From Candidatus Pampinifervens sericum (GTDB lineage: Bacteria; Aquificota; Aquificia; Aquificales; Aquificaceae), in the NCBI GenBank assembly GCA_037722135.1, contig JBBKAW010000103.1, positions 20,866 through 73,486 on the forward strand: 52,621 nucleotides of DNA, in the 5' to 3' direction. Shown in pieces: positions 1-9,066 of this stretch; positions within the stretch are counted from its first letter, which is position 1; each line of letters opens with the position of its first letter. A program made the position numbers and the translations under genes. The notes beneath the pieces were generated by a model. The model worked only from the letters and a program-made list of their open reading frames with translations. It was not told the origin of the DNA and searched no databases.

Positions 1-231
1 ATCCGCCCTAACCTTTTCTATTTCCGCTCTAACTTCTGCGATATCTGCTTTTGTTGCAAGCTCTTTAGTTAGCTCCTCCTTTATCTCAGCTTTTAAGATA
101 GGTTTTTGTTCCAGTGCCTTCTTTTCTATAGCGTTTAAGGCTTCCTCAATGGCTTTGCCAATCTTCTCTGCTTTTTCCTTTCCAACCTCTTCCTCTATAA
201 CCTTGTAAACCTCATAAGGCAAAATAGCCAT
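1..231 (-). CDS. DUF1640/CCDC90-like coiled-coil protein, 5' part (runs off the window edge)
   Basis: Hand translation from ATG at 231: MAILPYEVYKVIEEEVGKEKAEKIGKAIEEAL...ELATKADIAEVRAEIEKVRAD. The LATKADI motif is followed by heptad repeats; SD-like AGAGG upstream. Not in the ORF track. Confidence 0.7.
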   Translation of the reverse strand, partial: MAILPYEVYKVIEEEVGKEKAEKIGKAIEEALNAIEKKALEQKPILKAEIKEELTKELATKADIAEVRAEIEKVRAD

Positions 232-257
232 AGCCTCTTAAAAGATATCCTTTTTGT

Positions 258-614
258 CTAAAACTGCCACTTGAGAGCCCCCTTCTTCCACTCGTAAGCA
301 AGACCAAGGGTAAGAATAAAGATAAACAGCAATGCCCCCACAAGTCCATAAAGACCTACCTCTTCAAAGACAACTACCCATGGAAAGAGAAAGGCTACCT
401 CAATGTCAAAAAGAATAAGAGAAATACCTAACAAATAATAACCCTGCTTAAAAACTCCTCTTGCCTCTGGGTCATACAGAGGAACACCGCATTCGTAGGG
501 ATAGCCTTCCATTTTTTCCTTTGTCTTTGGACCAAGTAGGTCATTGAGAAAACTAAAGGCAAGTCCTATAAACAAGGCGATAAAGAAAAACAGCAAAATG
601 CCTACGTACTCCAT
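258..614 (-). CDS. nuoA: NADH-quinone oxidoreductase subunit A
   Basis: PYECG motif, LFDIEVAFLFPW, C-terminal YEWKKGALKW, three TM segments. Confidence 0.95.
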   Translation of the reverse strand: MEYVGILLFFFIALFIGLAFSFLNDLLGPKTKEKMEGYPYECGVPLYDPEARGVFKQGYYLLGISLILFDIEVAFLFPWVVVFEEVGLYGLVGALLFIFILTLGLAYEWKKGALKWQF

Positions 615-666
615 GTTTTTATTCTACCATCTTTGCCTTTTTATTGTCAAAAGTTTATGATATTAA

Positions 667-1869
667 TCAGGCTACTGGATATAGACCCTCCACAAAGCCT
701 TTCCAAACTTCAGGCATCTTATCAAGCTCTTCTTGTGCTATTTTCCTCACGAGCTCTTCAAGGCTTTTTAGGTCTTTCTTGGTTCTTACGCTCACGTCCA
801 AGACCTGAGGTTCGTTTATGGGTTTTCCTATCTGTGAGACTATATAGCAGTAGGCTTCTTCTACTTCTTCCACCTCTTCTACAACTCTTTGGGCTATGAG
901 GTTTGCAACTCTGTTGTATATCTTGCCTATGTGAGAGATTGGGTTTTTACCTGCTGCTGCCTCAAGGCTCATGGGTCTGTAGGGAGTTATCAGACCATTT
1001 ACCCTATTGCCACGACCCACCTGACCATCATCTCCTTGCTCTGCGGATGTGCCAGTGACCGTAATGTAAACGGAGTTGTTTTCCCTGCTGTCTGCAGTGT
1101 TTATAAAGATATCCACCTCTTTGGATATGAGCGCTTCTACTCTTTCTTTTACCTTTTTGCGTATTTCTTCCTTCTTTTGGAAATAGTCTTGGATGTCCTT
1201 TATATACTTACCTACAAAGGCGAGGGCTATAGTAAGCCTAAACTTGTCCCTTATACGCACACCCATAACCTTTATGTCTTCTCCTATCTCTGGATGTTCT
1301 TTTTTCATCTCCTCTGAGTTTAAAAACCTTTCCGCTTCAAAGACCGCTCTTTCTAAGCTATCAAGGGGTGCATAACCTACGCCAAAAGAAGTATCGTTTG
1401 CCAGTGGCACTTCACCTTTTTTCTGAAATCTTTCAAAAAGCTCCACTAAATCTCTACTTCCAGGCTTTATTTTTGTATGTATAACCACATGCCTTTCCAC
1501 ATCCAAGTTCTTTATGTTTTCCCTTAACCATCTTTTTGCACTTTCTACCGCAAGGTCATGAACGTCAAGCCTTTTGCCATCTTTTTCTAATATTGCTCTA
1601 CCCACAAGGTATATCTCTATGGGTTCTATAACCTCACCACCGCCAAACTCCGCCCTTGCAACACCACCCACAAGAAGTGCCTTATCCACATTATGATGCA
1701 TAACCGCACCGTATTCTCTCAAATACCACAAGCACAGTTCTCTTGAAAGGTTTTCCGCAAGGTAGTCGCATATGGTATCTGGATGACCTATTCCCTTACG
1801 CTCCACTATCTCTGCATCAAGCTCATAGGTTGGTCTAAAGGTCATGGGAGTTATTACTATGTTTGCCAC
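667..1869 (-). CDS. metK: S-adenosylmethionine synthetase, archaeal type
   Basis: EIVERKGIGHPDTICD, ANDTSFGVG, GDDGQVGRGNRVNGLITPYRPMSLEAAAGKNP. Start moved to GTG 1869, which follows SD AAGGAGGT. Confidence 0.93.
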   Translation of the reverse strand: MANIVITPMTFRPTYELDAEIVERKGIGHPDTICDYLAENLSRELCLWYLREYGAVMHHNVDKALLVGGVARAEFGGGEVIEPIEIYLVGRAILEKDGKRLDVHDLAVESAKRWLRENIKNLDVERHVVIHTKIKPGSRDLVELFERFQKKGEVPLANDTSFGVGYAPLDSLERAVFEAERFLNSEEMKKEHPEIGEDIKVMGVRIRDKFRLTIALAFVGKYIKDIQDYFQKKEEIRKKVKERVEALISKEVDIFINTADSRENNSVYITVTGTSAEQGDDGQVGRGNRVNGLITPYRPMSLEAAAGKNPISHIGKIYNRVANLIAQRVVEEVEEVEEAYCYIVSQIGKPINEPQVLDVSVRTKKDLKSLEELVRKIAQEELDKMPEVWKGFVEGLYPVA

Positions 1870-1944
1870 TTGACTACCTCCTTTGAGAATTGCCAACAGA
1901 AAAGTATAACATAGTTGGAGTTTAATAGCCCTTTATGATAAGCA

Positions 1945-1973
1945 TTGACAGAGTATTAGAATATGCTTATAAT
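1945..1973 (+). promoter_or_regulatory. consensus sigma-70 promoter for the rhodanese gene
   Basis: TTGACA (1945-1950), 17 nt spacer, TATAAT (1968-1973); SD AGGAGG before ATG 2010. Confidence 0.85.
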
Positions 1974-2009
1974 TGAATAACTGACTAAAATCACAAAAGG
2001 AGGCGAACC

Positions 2010-2480
2010 ATGAAAAGAGCAGTGCTTGCCTTAACCTTTGGAGCCTTGAGCCTTGTAGGGACAGCCTTTTCTTATGACAAGGAGCTTGCAAAACGTTTCA
2101 ACGCTATGTTTTCTCAGATGACGCCAGAGGTTCTCAAGCAAAGACCTTGCCAAATAACCACTCAACAGCTTCTCCAGATGATACAAAGAGGCGAAGACTT
2201 TGTGATACTTGACGTAAGAACTCCTGCGGAGACGGCAGTGGTAGGACCCACTTGGAAAAATACACTTCGTATACCCATGCACGAACTATTCAAAGAAGAA
2301 AACCTAAACAAACTTCCAAAGGACAAGAAAATAGTGGTGGTGTGCCACACAGGAGACAGAGCGGCAGCGGTAGTCACTGCACTTAGAGCCTTAGGTTTTG
2401 ATAAGGCTTTCCAATTCAGAGGTGGTGTGGCAGAACTTGCAAGGGAGGTGGGAAGAGCTGCAACAGACTACGTAAAGTAA
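2010..2480 (+). CDS. exported single-domain rhodanese (sulfurtransferase)
   Basis: Signal peptide, ILDVRTPAE, active-site loop VVCHTGDRA. Confidence 0.88.
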   Translation: MKRAVLALTFGALSLVGTAFSYDKELAKRFNAMFSQMTPEVLKQRPCQITTQQLLQMIQRGEDFVILDVRTPAETAVVGPTWKNTLRIPMHELFKEENLNKLPKDKKIVVVCHTGDRAAAVVTALRALGFDKAFQFRGGVAELAREVGRAATDYVK

Positions 2481-2488
2481 ATTCTCTT

Positions 2489-2508
2489 GGGGGCTACGCC
2501 CCCTCTTG
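2489..2508 (+). terminator. probable intrinsic terminator
   Basis: GGGGGC-TAC-GCCCCC hairpin 8 nt after the stop; short T-rich tail. Confidence 0.6.
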
Positions 2509-2531
2509 AAAAGAGACTATATTTATATTCT

Positions 2532-3902
2532 ATGAAAACCATTTTTAACGAAAATCTCATAAAAAAGTATGACCGTCCTGGTCCAAGATACACAAGCTAT
2601 CCACCTGCTACAGAGTTTCACGAAGGAGTAAGAGAAGAAGACTACAAGAGAATGCTTCTTCAGAGCAATCTCTCTAAAAGACCCCTTTCTCTGTATTTTC
2701 ATATACCTTTCTGTGAAAGTGCCTGCTGGTTTTGTGGTTGTAATGTGATAATCTCCCACAGGAAGGATGTTACCAGAAGATACTTGGACTATGTCTACAG
2801 AGAAATGGAAATGCTAAAGGACTACCTTGATACTTCAAGACCAGTAGTTCAACTCCATTGGGGTGGTGGCACTCCAAACTTTTTAAGCAACGAGGAGATA
2901 AGAGAGTTTTTTGGAAAAATAAGAGAGGTCTTTAATATTTCACCGGATGCGGAAATAAGTGTAGAAATAGACCCCAGATATCTCTCGGAAGGTCAATTGG
3001 AAACCCTCAGAGAGGTGGGCTTTAATCGTGTAAGTATGGGACTTCAGGACCTTGACCCAGAGGTTCAAAGAGCTATAAACCGCATACAATCCTACGAGCT
3101 TATGCAGAGGGTTATGAAAGACCTAAGAAGTTTGGGCTTTAAGAGCATAAACATAGACCTCATATATGGACTGCCTTACCAAACACCAGAGAAGTTTAGA
3201 AAAACCTTGCTTCAAACCATAGAGCTTGACCCAGACAGGACAGCGGTCTTTAACTTTGCCTACGTGCCTTGGCTTAAGCCTTTGCAAAGGAAAATAGACC
3301 CCTCCACACTGCCACCACCAGAGGACAAGCTAACCATATTGGAGATGACCATAGACCTTTTCCAAAAGGCAGGTTATGTCTTTATAGGTATGGACCACTT
3401 TGCTAAGCCTGAAGATGAGCTGGCTCAAGCCCAAAGAGATGGGACTCTTTGGAGGAACTTCCAAGGCTACACTACCAAGAAAGGTGTAGACCTAATAGGT
3501 ATAGGTGCAACCTCTATAGGCATGCTCCATGAGGGATATTTCCAGAACTACAAGACCATAAGAGAATATTACCTTGCCCTTGACTCAGGAAAACTACCCA
3601 CAATGAGAGGCTACATTCTTACAGAAGAGGACTTCATAAGGCGTGAGGTTATAATGGAGCTTATGTGCAATTTCCGTTGTGACTTTGAGAAAATAGACCG
3701 GTCTTTTGGTATAAGGTTTGAAGAACACTTTTCTTCAGAGTTAGAGGAGCTCATGGATATGGAAAGGGATGGTCTTTTAAAGATAGAGGACAGAAGTATA
3801 AAGGTCTTGCCAGAAGGTAGGCTTTTGATAAGAAACATCGCTATGGTCTTTGACCAGTATATAAAGACAAAAAAGGAGCAGAGGTTTTCCAGGACTATAT
3901 GA
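2532..3902 (+). CDS. hemN: oxygen-independent coproporphyrinogen III oxidase (radical SAM)
   Basis: [46 protein letters not shown]; start ATG 2532. Confidence 0.95.
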   Translation: MKTIFNENLIKKYDRPGPRYTSYPPATEFHEGVREEDYKRMLLQSNLSKRPLSLYFHIPFCESACWFCGCNVIISHRKDVTRRYLDYVYREMEMLKDYLDTSRPVVQLHWGGGTPNFLSNEEIREFFGKIREVFNISPDAEISVEIDPRYLSEGQLETLREVGFNRVSMGLQDLDPEVQRAINRIQSYELMQRVMKDLRSLGFKSINIDLIYGLPYQTPEKFRKTLLQTIELDPDRTAVFNFAYVPWLKPLQRKIDPSTLPPPEDKLTILEMTIDLFQKAGYVFIGMDHFAKPEDELAQAQRDGTLWRNFQGYTTKKGVDLIGIGATSIGMLHEGYFQNYKTIREYYLALDSGKLPTMRGYILTEEDFIRREVIMELMCNFRCDFEKIDRSFGIRFEEHFSSELEELMDMERDGLLKIEDRSIKVLPEGRLLIRNIAMVFDQYIKTKKEQRFSRTI

Positions 3903-4810
3903 AAGAGGAGCTACTTCGTATAGAAAAACTTTCCAAGGTCTTTACCATTGGTCTATTCTCCAAGAGGTTTATCTGGGCGGTAAAGGAGGTAAGCTTTGAG
4001 ATAGGATATGGAGAGATATTCTCTCTTGTGGGAGAGTCTGGGTCTGGAAAAAGCACTATTGGTAAAGTTATTCTTAGGCTTGAAAAACCAACCTCGGGAA
4101 GAGTTCTTTTTGAAGGTAAAGACCCCTTCCAAATGGGAAAAGAATACACAAGGCTTGTTTCAGTGGTTTTCCAAGACCCAAGGAGCTCTCTAAACCCGCG
4201 CATGAAAGTGGGAGAGATAGTGCAAGAGCCACTGCTCGTTCACAAAGAAAAAGACAGAAAAGAGAAGGTGCTTCAGGCTTTGCTTATGGCAGGGCTTGAG
4301 GAGAGTTTTCTGGAAAGAAGACCAGAAGAGCTCTCTGGAGGTCAAAGACAAAGGGTAGCCATAGCACGAGCTATAGTCCTAAAACCCAAGCTCATAGTGG
4401 CAGATGAGCCTACCTCAGCCCTTGATATGAGCTACAGGGCAGGCATATTAGAGCTTTTTCTCAAGCTAAAGGAAGAAGGTATAAGCACTCTGCTTATAAC
4501 CCACGATATAAGGGCGGTTGAAAAGGTTTCTGATAGAGTGGGCGTTCTATACAGAGGAAAACTTGTAGAGCTTGGTCTATCAAAGGATGTGCTCAAGAAT
4601 CCTCTGCATCCCTACACTCAGTATCTTTTAGGCACAGTTCCTGCAAGGCATCCTTCTCAGAGAAAGGAGTTCATTGAAGATTTTGTAGAAGAAAGCCTGC
4701 CAAGCCCTTGCCCCTTCTTCTCCCAGTGCAAGTATAGAATAAAAGAATGTGAGCAGGAAGTTAGGGAGGTAAACCAGAATGGACGGCTCGTCTCATGCAA
4801 TCTATACTGA
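3899..4810 (+). CDS. oligopeptide/dipeptide ABC transporter ATP-binding subunit (DppF/OppF-like)
   Basis: Walker [30 protein letters not shown] plus Cys-rich C-terminal domain. Confidence 0.92.
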   Translation: MKEELLRIEKLSKVFTIGLFSKRFIWAVKEVSFEIGYGEIFSLVGESGSGKSTIGKVILRLEKPTSGRVLFEGKDPFQMGKEYTRLVSVVFQDPRSSLNPRMKVGEIVQEPLLVHKEKDRKEKVLQALLMAGLEESFLERRPEELSGGQRQRVAIARAIVLKPKLIVADEPTSALDMSYRAGILELFLKLKEEGISTLLITHDIRAVEKVSDRVGVLYRGKLVELGLSKDVLKNPLHPYTQYLLGTVPARHPSQRKEFIEDFVEESLPSPCPFFSQCKYRIKECEQEVREVNQNGRLVSCNLY

Positions 4811-6032
4811 GGTGCTCATCTTTTTCTTCCTACTATTTATGTCTGGTTTTTTTAGCTCCTCAGAGGTGGTCTTTTTTGGTGCAAACAGGTATCTTCTCAA
4901 ACTCAAGGAAAGGAAAAGGATATATAGGGCTCTTTTAAAGCTCCTTTCAAAACCCAGAGAGGTGCTCCTTACTATCCTGCTTGGAAACGAGCTGGTAAAC
5001 ATACTCATATCCTCGTATGGGACAAAGCTGTTTGTAGACCTTATGGGTCCAAAGGGTGCAGGCTTTGCGGTTATTTTCTCAAGCGTGCTGATATTTGTCT
5101 TTGGTGAGGTGCTTCCAAAAAACACAGTTCTACCCTTTGCCACAAGGCTTGCTCCTATATACTATGTGCCTTTTATCCTTGTTCATGGACTTATGAAACC
5201 AATTCGCACAGTGCTTATAGGACCAGTTAGCAAACTTATAGGTCTTGTGGAGGTGGAAGAAAAGGGCAAAGACTCCAAGGATACATTTATGGAGTTGCTT
5301 GAAAGGGGTATATCCCTTGGATATTTTGATAAGAAGGATTTGGAAGTTGTGGAAAGGGCTATAAACCTAAAGGATACCACGGTAAAGGAGATTATGACCC
5401 CAAGACCAGACATATTTATGTTGCCAGAAGATAGCCTCTTGGAAGAGGTTATTGAGGAGATAATCCAGAGAAAGCACAGTAAAATACCGCTTTTTTCAAA
5501 AAGCCCCGACAACGTGGTAGGCATGCTATACGTAAAGGACCTTGTTCCCATCTCAAAGAACCTAAAGAGACCTCTAAAGGACTTCAAAAGAGAGGCATTG
5601 TTTGTGCCAGAGATACTTAGCATAACAGAACTTATAAAGGAGATGAGGTCTCATGGAACTCAAACTGCCCTTGTGGTGGGAGAACACGGAGAAATATCTG
5701 GTCTTGTAAGCGTATATGACATAATGAAATATCTCTTTGGAGATGTGCCAGAAAGCTGGGAAGAGGATATAGTGAAGGTTTCCAAAGATACATACATGGT
5801 AAGCGGGTGGGTAGATGTGGAAACGGTGGCAAAAAGAATAGGATTTAGATTGCCAGAAGACTATGAATACGATACAATAGGTGGCTTTGTAATGGCAAAA
5901 CTTTCAAAAGTTCCAGAAGAAGGAGATGAGTTTTTCTACGATGGGTTCAAGTTTGTGGTGGATAAAATGGAAGGCAACAGAATTGTGAGCGTTTTTATAA
6001 CCGCAAAACAGGAGGAAAAAGTTGAAAGATAA
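4779..6032 (+). CDS. CNNM/CorB (HlyC/CorC) family transporter with CBS domains
   Basis: DUF21 motifs GFFSSSE, TILLGNELVNI, FGEVLPK; IMTPR CBS pair; CorC C-terminal domain. Confidence 0.92.
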   Translation: MDGSSHAIYTEVLIFFFLLFMSGFFSSSEVVFFGANRYLLKLKERKRIYRALLKLLSKPREVLLTILLGNELVNILISSYGTKLFVDLMGPKGAGFAVIFSSVLIFVFGEVLPKNTVLPFATRLAPIYYVPFILVHGLMKPIRTVLIGPVSKLIGLVEVEEKGKDSKDTFMELLERGISLGYFDKKDLEVVERAINLKDTTVKEIMTPRPDIFMLPEDSLLEEVIEEIIQRKHSKIPLFSKSPDNVVGMLYVKDLVPISKNLKRPLKDFKREALFVPEILSITELIKEMRSHGTQTALVVGEHGEISGLVSVYDIMKYLFGDVPESWEEDIVKVSKDTYMVSGWVDVETVAKRIGFRLPEDYEYDTIGGFVMAKLSKVPEEGDEFFYDGFKFVVDKMEGNRIVSVFITAKQEEKVER

Positions 6033-7131
6033 GCCCATAAGGGTTTTGCCACAGGTAAGGACAAGCCTGCTATTGAAAATAGAAAACAGCCTTGAATTGC
6101 TTTTGAAAACCTCAGAAGAGCTTCTGCAAGAGCTTGAACTAAAACAAGAAGAAAACCCTCAAATAAAGCTAACACTAAAGACAAGACCAAGATGGTTTTA
6201 TCAGGAATACGCAGAGCATCAGCCTATATTTACACAAAGTGAAATAAGTAAGGTTGAAGAACAAGTAAGATATGAGTTTGATGGTCTTGACCTTGACATA
6301 GCCCTTGAGATAATATCTGGACTTAACCACAAGGGATTTTTCCTCGGAGACATAGGAGAAATAGCCAAACATTACGGAGTTAGCCCTGAGTATGTGGAGG
6401 AGATAAGAGAGTTTATAATGAAAGAGATTGAACCTTTGGGTGTTGCCAGTAAAAACCTTGAAGAGTTTATACTTGTCCAACTTGAAGAGCTATACCCCAA
6501 GGAGGAAGAGCTTCATAGAGAAGTCCTAAGGGTGCTAAAGGGCAAAAGTAGAGACCTAAGGGCAAGAGAAGTCTTGTCAAAGCTAAAACTTAGTCCTTTT
6601 GAGGGCACTCAAGTGGCGTATAAAAGCGGTAGTGTGGATGTGGTCTTTGAATACGATGGAAGTCAGTGGTATGTTTTTCTTATGGAAGACTTCTGGGATG
6701 TGGAGGCGGTAGGGAGTCTAAAGCCTATAACTTTTATATTGGAAATGAGAAGGAGGGTTATGCGTGTGGTTGGAGACCTAATTTTGGAAAGACAGGCAGG
6801 CTTTATGCTTGGGAAAGAGCCACTAAAGAGCTTAACTCTTAGTGAAGTAGCTCAAAGGGCAGAGGTTAGCCTCTCAACGGTAAGCAGGATAGTTAGCAGA
6901 AAGTATGCAAAAACTCCCATAGGAGTGTTCCCTCTTAGGTCCTTTTTCCTAAGGGAGACAAAGGAAGGCTATAGCAAAGAAGAGATAATGAAAGCCATAA
7001 AGGAGATACTTCAATCTGAAAAGTGCAGGCTTTCTGACCAAGAGATTTCAAAGCTACTAAAAGATAGAGGCATACACATAGCAAGAAGGACTGTAAACAA
7101 ATACAGAAGAATCCTTGAGGGCAGGTCATGA
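6022..7131 (+). CDS. rpoN: RNA polymerase sigma-54 factor
   Basis: RpoN box ARRTVNKYR, HTH SLSTVSR, EPLGVA, LSDQEI. Confidence 0.92.
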   Translation: MKDKPIRVLPQVRTSLLLKIENSLELLLKTSEELLQELELKQEENPQIKLTLKTRPRWFYQEYAEHQPIFTQSEISKVEEQVRYEFDGLDLDIALEIISGLNHKGFFLGDIGEIAKHYGVSPEYVEEIREFIMKEIEPLGVASKNLEEFILVQLEELYPKEEELHREVLRVLKGKSRDLRAREVLSKLKLSPFEGTQVAYKSGSVDVVFEYDGSQWYVFLMEDFWDVEAVGSLKPITFILEMRRRVMRVVGDLILERQAGFMLGKEPLKSLTLSEVAQRAEVSLSTVSRIVSRKYAKTPIGVFPLRSFFLRETKEGYSKEEIMKAIKEILQSEKCRLSDQEISKLLKDRGIHIARRTVNKYRRILEGRS

Positions 7132-8192
7132 AAAGGATAGAAAAAGTCCAGGAGCTTTTGAAAAAGCATAAACTTGACGCTTTTGTTTTTAGTTCGCAGG
7201 CTAACGTTTTCTATCTCTCTGGCTTTAGGTCAAGCCATGCCTATGTGGTCATTACAAGGGACTCTTATCATCTTTTGACCGATGGCAGGTATTACGAGAA
7301 AGCCAGGTCTACTCTAAAAGACTGGGATGTGGTGCTCATTAAAGAAAATGCCATAAGGGTTATAAAGAACTTCCTAAAAAGACTAAAAGTTTCCAAGGTG
7401 GGCTATGAAGAGGATAGGGTGAGTTGTGAGTTTAGGAAGGCTCTAAAGGGTAGCTTTATATGGAAGGGTGTTTCGGGCATTCTAAAGGAAATGAGGGCTA
7501 TAAAGGATGAGGAAGAGCTAAGGATAATGAAGGAAGGGGTGAAAATTAGCGACAAGATATACGAAAGGCTTTTGCATGAGCTAAGAGAAGGAATGACTGA
7601 GCTTGAGGTAAGGTCTTGGCTTGTGGGGGAGTTTTTCAGGGCAGGGGCAAGCGGTGAGAGCTTTCCTGCCATAGTGGCAAGTGGTAAGGGCTCTGCTATA
7701 CCCCACTACGAGACCTCTCAAAAGACTATAAAACACGGTGAGCCAATTCTCATAGACATGGGACTTTTGTGGAAAGGCTATTGCACGGACTTCACAAGAA
7801 CAATCTTTTTGGGAAAGACGGATAGCGAGTTTAAGAAGGTTTACACTGTGGTAAGGGATGCTCATCTCCTTGCACTTGAGAAGATAAAAGTAGGAAGGAA
7901 ACTGGGAGAGATTGACAAGACCGCAAGGGAATACATAAGAAAGAAGGGTTTTGGCAAATTCTTTAACCATTCTCTTGGACACGGTGTGGGTGTTGAAATA
8001 CATGAATATCCAAGGGTTTATTACAAGGGCAAAGACAAGGATGTGAAGATAGAAGAGGGGATGGTTTTTACTGTAGAGCCGGGCATATACCTTCCTGGAA
8101 AGTTTGGCGTAAGGCTTGAGAATATAGTGGTTGTAAAGGGTGGATATGCAGAGCCCTTATCGGAAATACCTCTTGACTTGGTGGAGTTGTGA
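7128..8192 (+). CDS. Xaa-Pro aminopeptidase/dipeptidase (M24B)
   Basis: Creatinase N-domain; IDMG..GYCTDFTRT, HSLGHGVGVEIHE, TVEPGIY, GVRLEN. Confidence 0.93.
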   Translation: MKRIEKVQELLKKHKLDAFVFSSQANVFYLSGFRSSHAYVVITRDSYHLLTDGRYYEKARSTLKDWDVVLIKENAIRVIKNFLKRLKVSKVGYEEDRVSCEFRKALKGSFIWKGVSGILKEMRAIKDEEELRIMKEGVKISDKIYERLLHELREGMTELEVRSWLVGEFFRAGASGESFPAIVASGKGSAIPHYETSQKTIKHGEPILIDMGLLWKGYCTDFTRTIFLGKTDSEFKKVYTVVRDAHLLALEKIKVGRKLGEIDKTAREYIRKKGFGKFFNHSLGHGVGVEIHEYPRVYYKGKDKDVKIEEGMVFTVEPGIYLPGKFGVRLENIVVVKGGYAEPLSEIPLDLVEL

Positions 8193-8201
8193 TGTTATAA
8201 T
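8173..8201 (+). promoter_or_regulatory. sigma-70 promoter for tRNA-fMet
   Basis: TTGACT (8173-8178), 17 nt spacer, TATAAT (8196-8201). Confidence 0.8.
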
Positions 8202-8213
8202 AATATATCCCTA

Positions 8214-8287
<74 letters not shown>

Positions 8288-8334
8288 GTTAAAAACCTTG
8301 TGTATAAACTGTCCAGAGATTTCCACATAGCTTT

Positions 8335-9009
8335 CTAAAATTCAGGCTCTAAAGGTATGCCTGTTTTCTTGCCTGTGGTTTTGAATGTCTTTAGGGTTTG
8401 TCTTTTGGATTGGTAAAGACGTAGCCTATGCGGAGTTCAATGGCTTGCTTTTCCAGTGGAAGCCTTGCTGTTTCATTATTCTTGGCATTAGTTATAGCTA
8501 TAGTGCCGTACCTATAGACTGCAAACTCCACTGCAGGTCTTGGCGACTAGTCTTTGAAAGCGTTGACAAACGAAGATAAATGTTGTGTATTATTCCGTAG
8601 TTTTTAAAGCAGGGTGCGGAAGGGGAATACCGATAAAGGCTTGCCTAACCGTGTTAGGTGAGGTTGGTGTTTACACTGCACTCTGCAAGCCCTTATCAAG
8701 TGGATATAAAAAGCCTGCTTGATGAGCGGTATTAGTGCGGTTGGAGTAAGGCTACTTTCGTTGGTGAGCCCCTAAACCCGAGGTGTGGATAAATGTCCAC
8801 AAAAGGGATATTTGTTCATGCTAAGGGATACTCTCCAGAGTATAGCTTTAGAGTTTTGGCTTTCATGAGGATTGCTCTGAGAATGTTAAGCTCTAAGTTT
8901 ATTGTGTTGGGCTTTAGCTATGCAGTTTATACTGCTCTGTTGTGAAGGTGCTTATCTTGGATATCTCCATAGTGCCAAGATAGTCAACGAGCTTGTAGAC
9001 TTTTCTTTC
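8335..9009 (-). pseudogene. decayed tyrosine recombinase (phage-integrase family) remnant
   Basis: Hand translation of the minus strand gives frameshifted fragments: LVDYLGTMEISKISTFTTEQYK and KPNTINLELNILRAILMKAK (core-binding domain, ~9009-8820), then GTIAITNAKNNETARLPLEKQAIELRIGYVFTNP and FKTTGKKTGI (catalytic domain, ~8531-8335). It points toward the tRNA 3' end. Confidence 0.7.
8607..8733. other. structured non-coding element (nested inverted repeats) inside the integrase remnant
   Basis: AAGCAGG 8607-8613 / CCTGCTT 8714-8720; GATAAAGGCTTGC 8632-8644 / GCAAGCCCTTATC 8685-8697 (12/13 pairs); CCTAAC/GTTAGG 8644-8658; AATACCG 8626-8632 / CGGTATT 8727-8733. Confidence 0.55.
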
Positions 9010-9066
9010 TATGAGTGCACTTTACTAACACTTTACGCAAAAGCAGGTAGGGGCTGTCTGGCTTTC

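Noticed and set aside
8385-8579. 64-aa plus-strand ORF after tRNA-fMet
   Set aside because: No SD or recognisable motif; the opposite strand gives integrase-like fragments.
8716-8780. TTGATGAG resembling a hammerhead ribozyme core
   Set aside because: The core should be CUGANGA, and there is no downstream GAAA with matching stems II/III.
8600-8800. RNase P RNA, tmRNA, SRP or canonical 6S RNA
   Set aside because: No GAGGAAAGUCC, no tRNA-like ends and no SRP helix-8 motif. The closed stem region is short for 6S. Left as an unassigned structured element.
8951-8963. CTTATCTTGGATA resembling the pC194 nick region
   Set aside because: It has an extra base in the nick motif and lies within the integrase-like reading frame.
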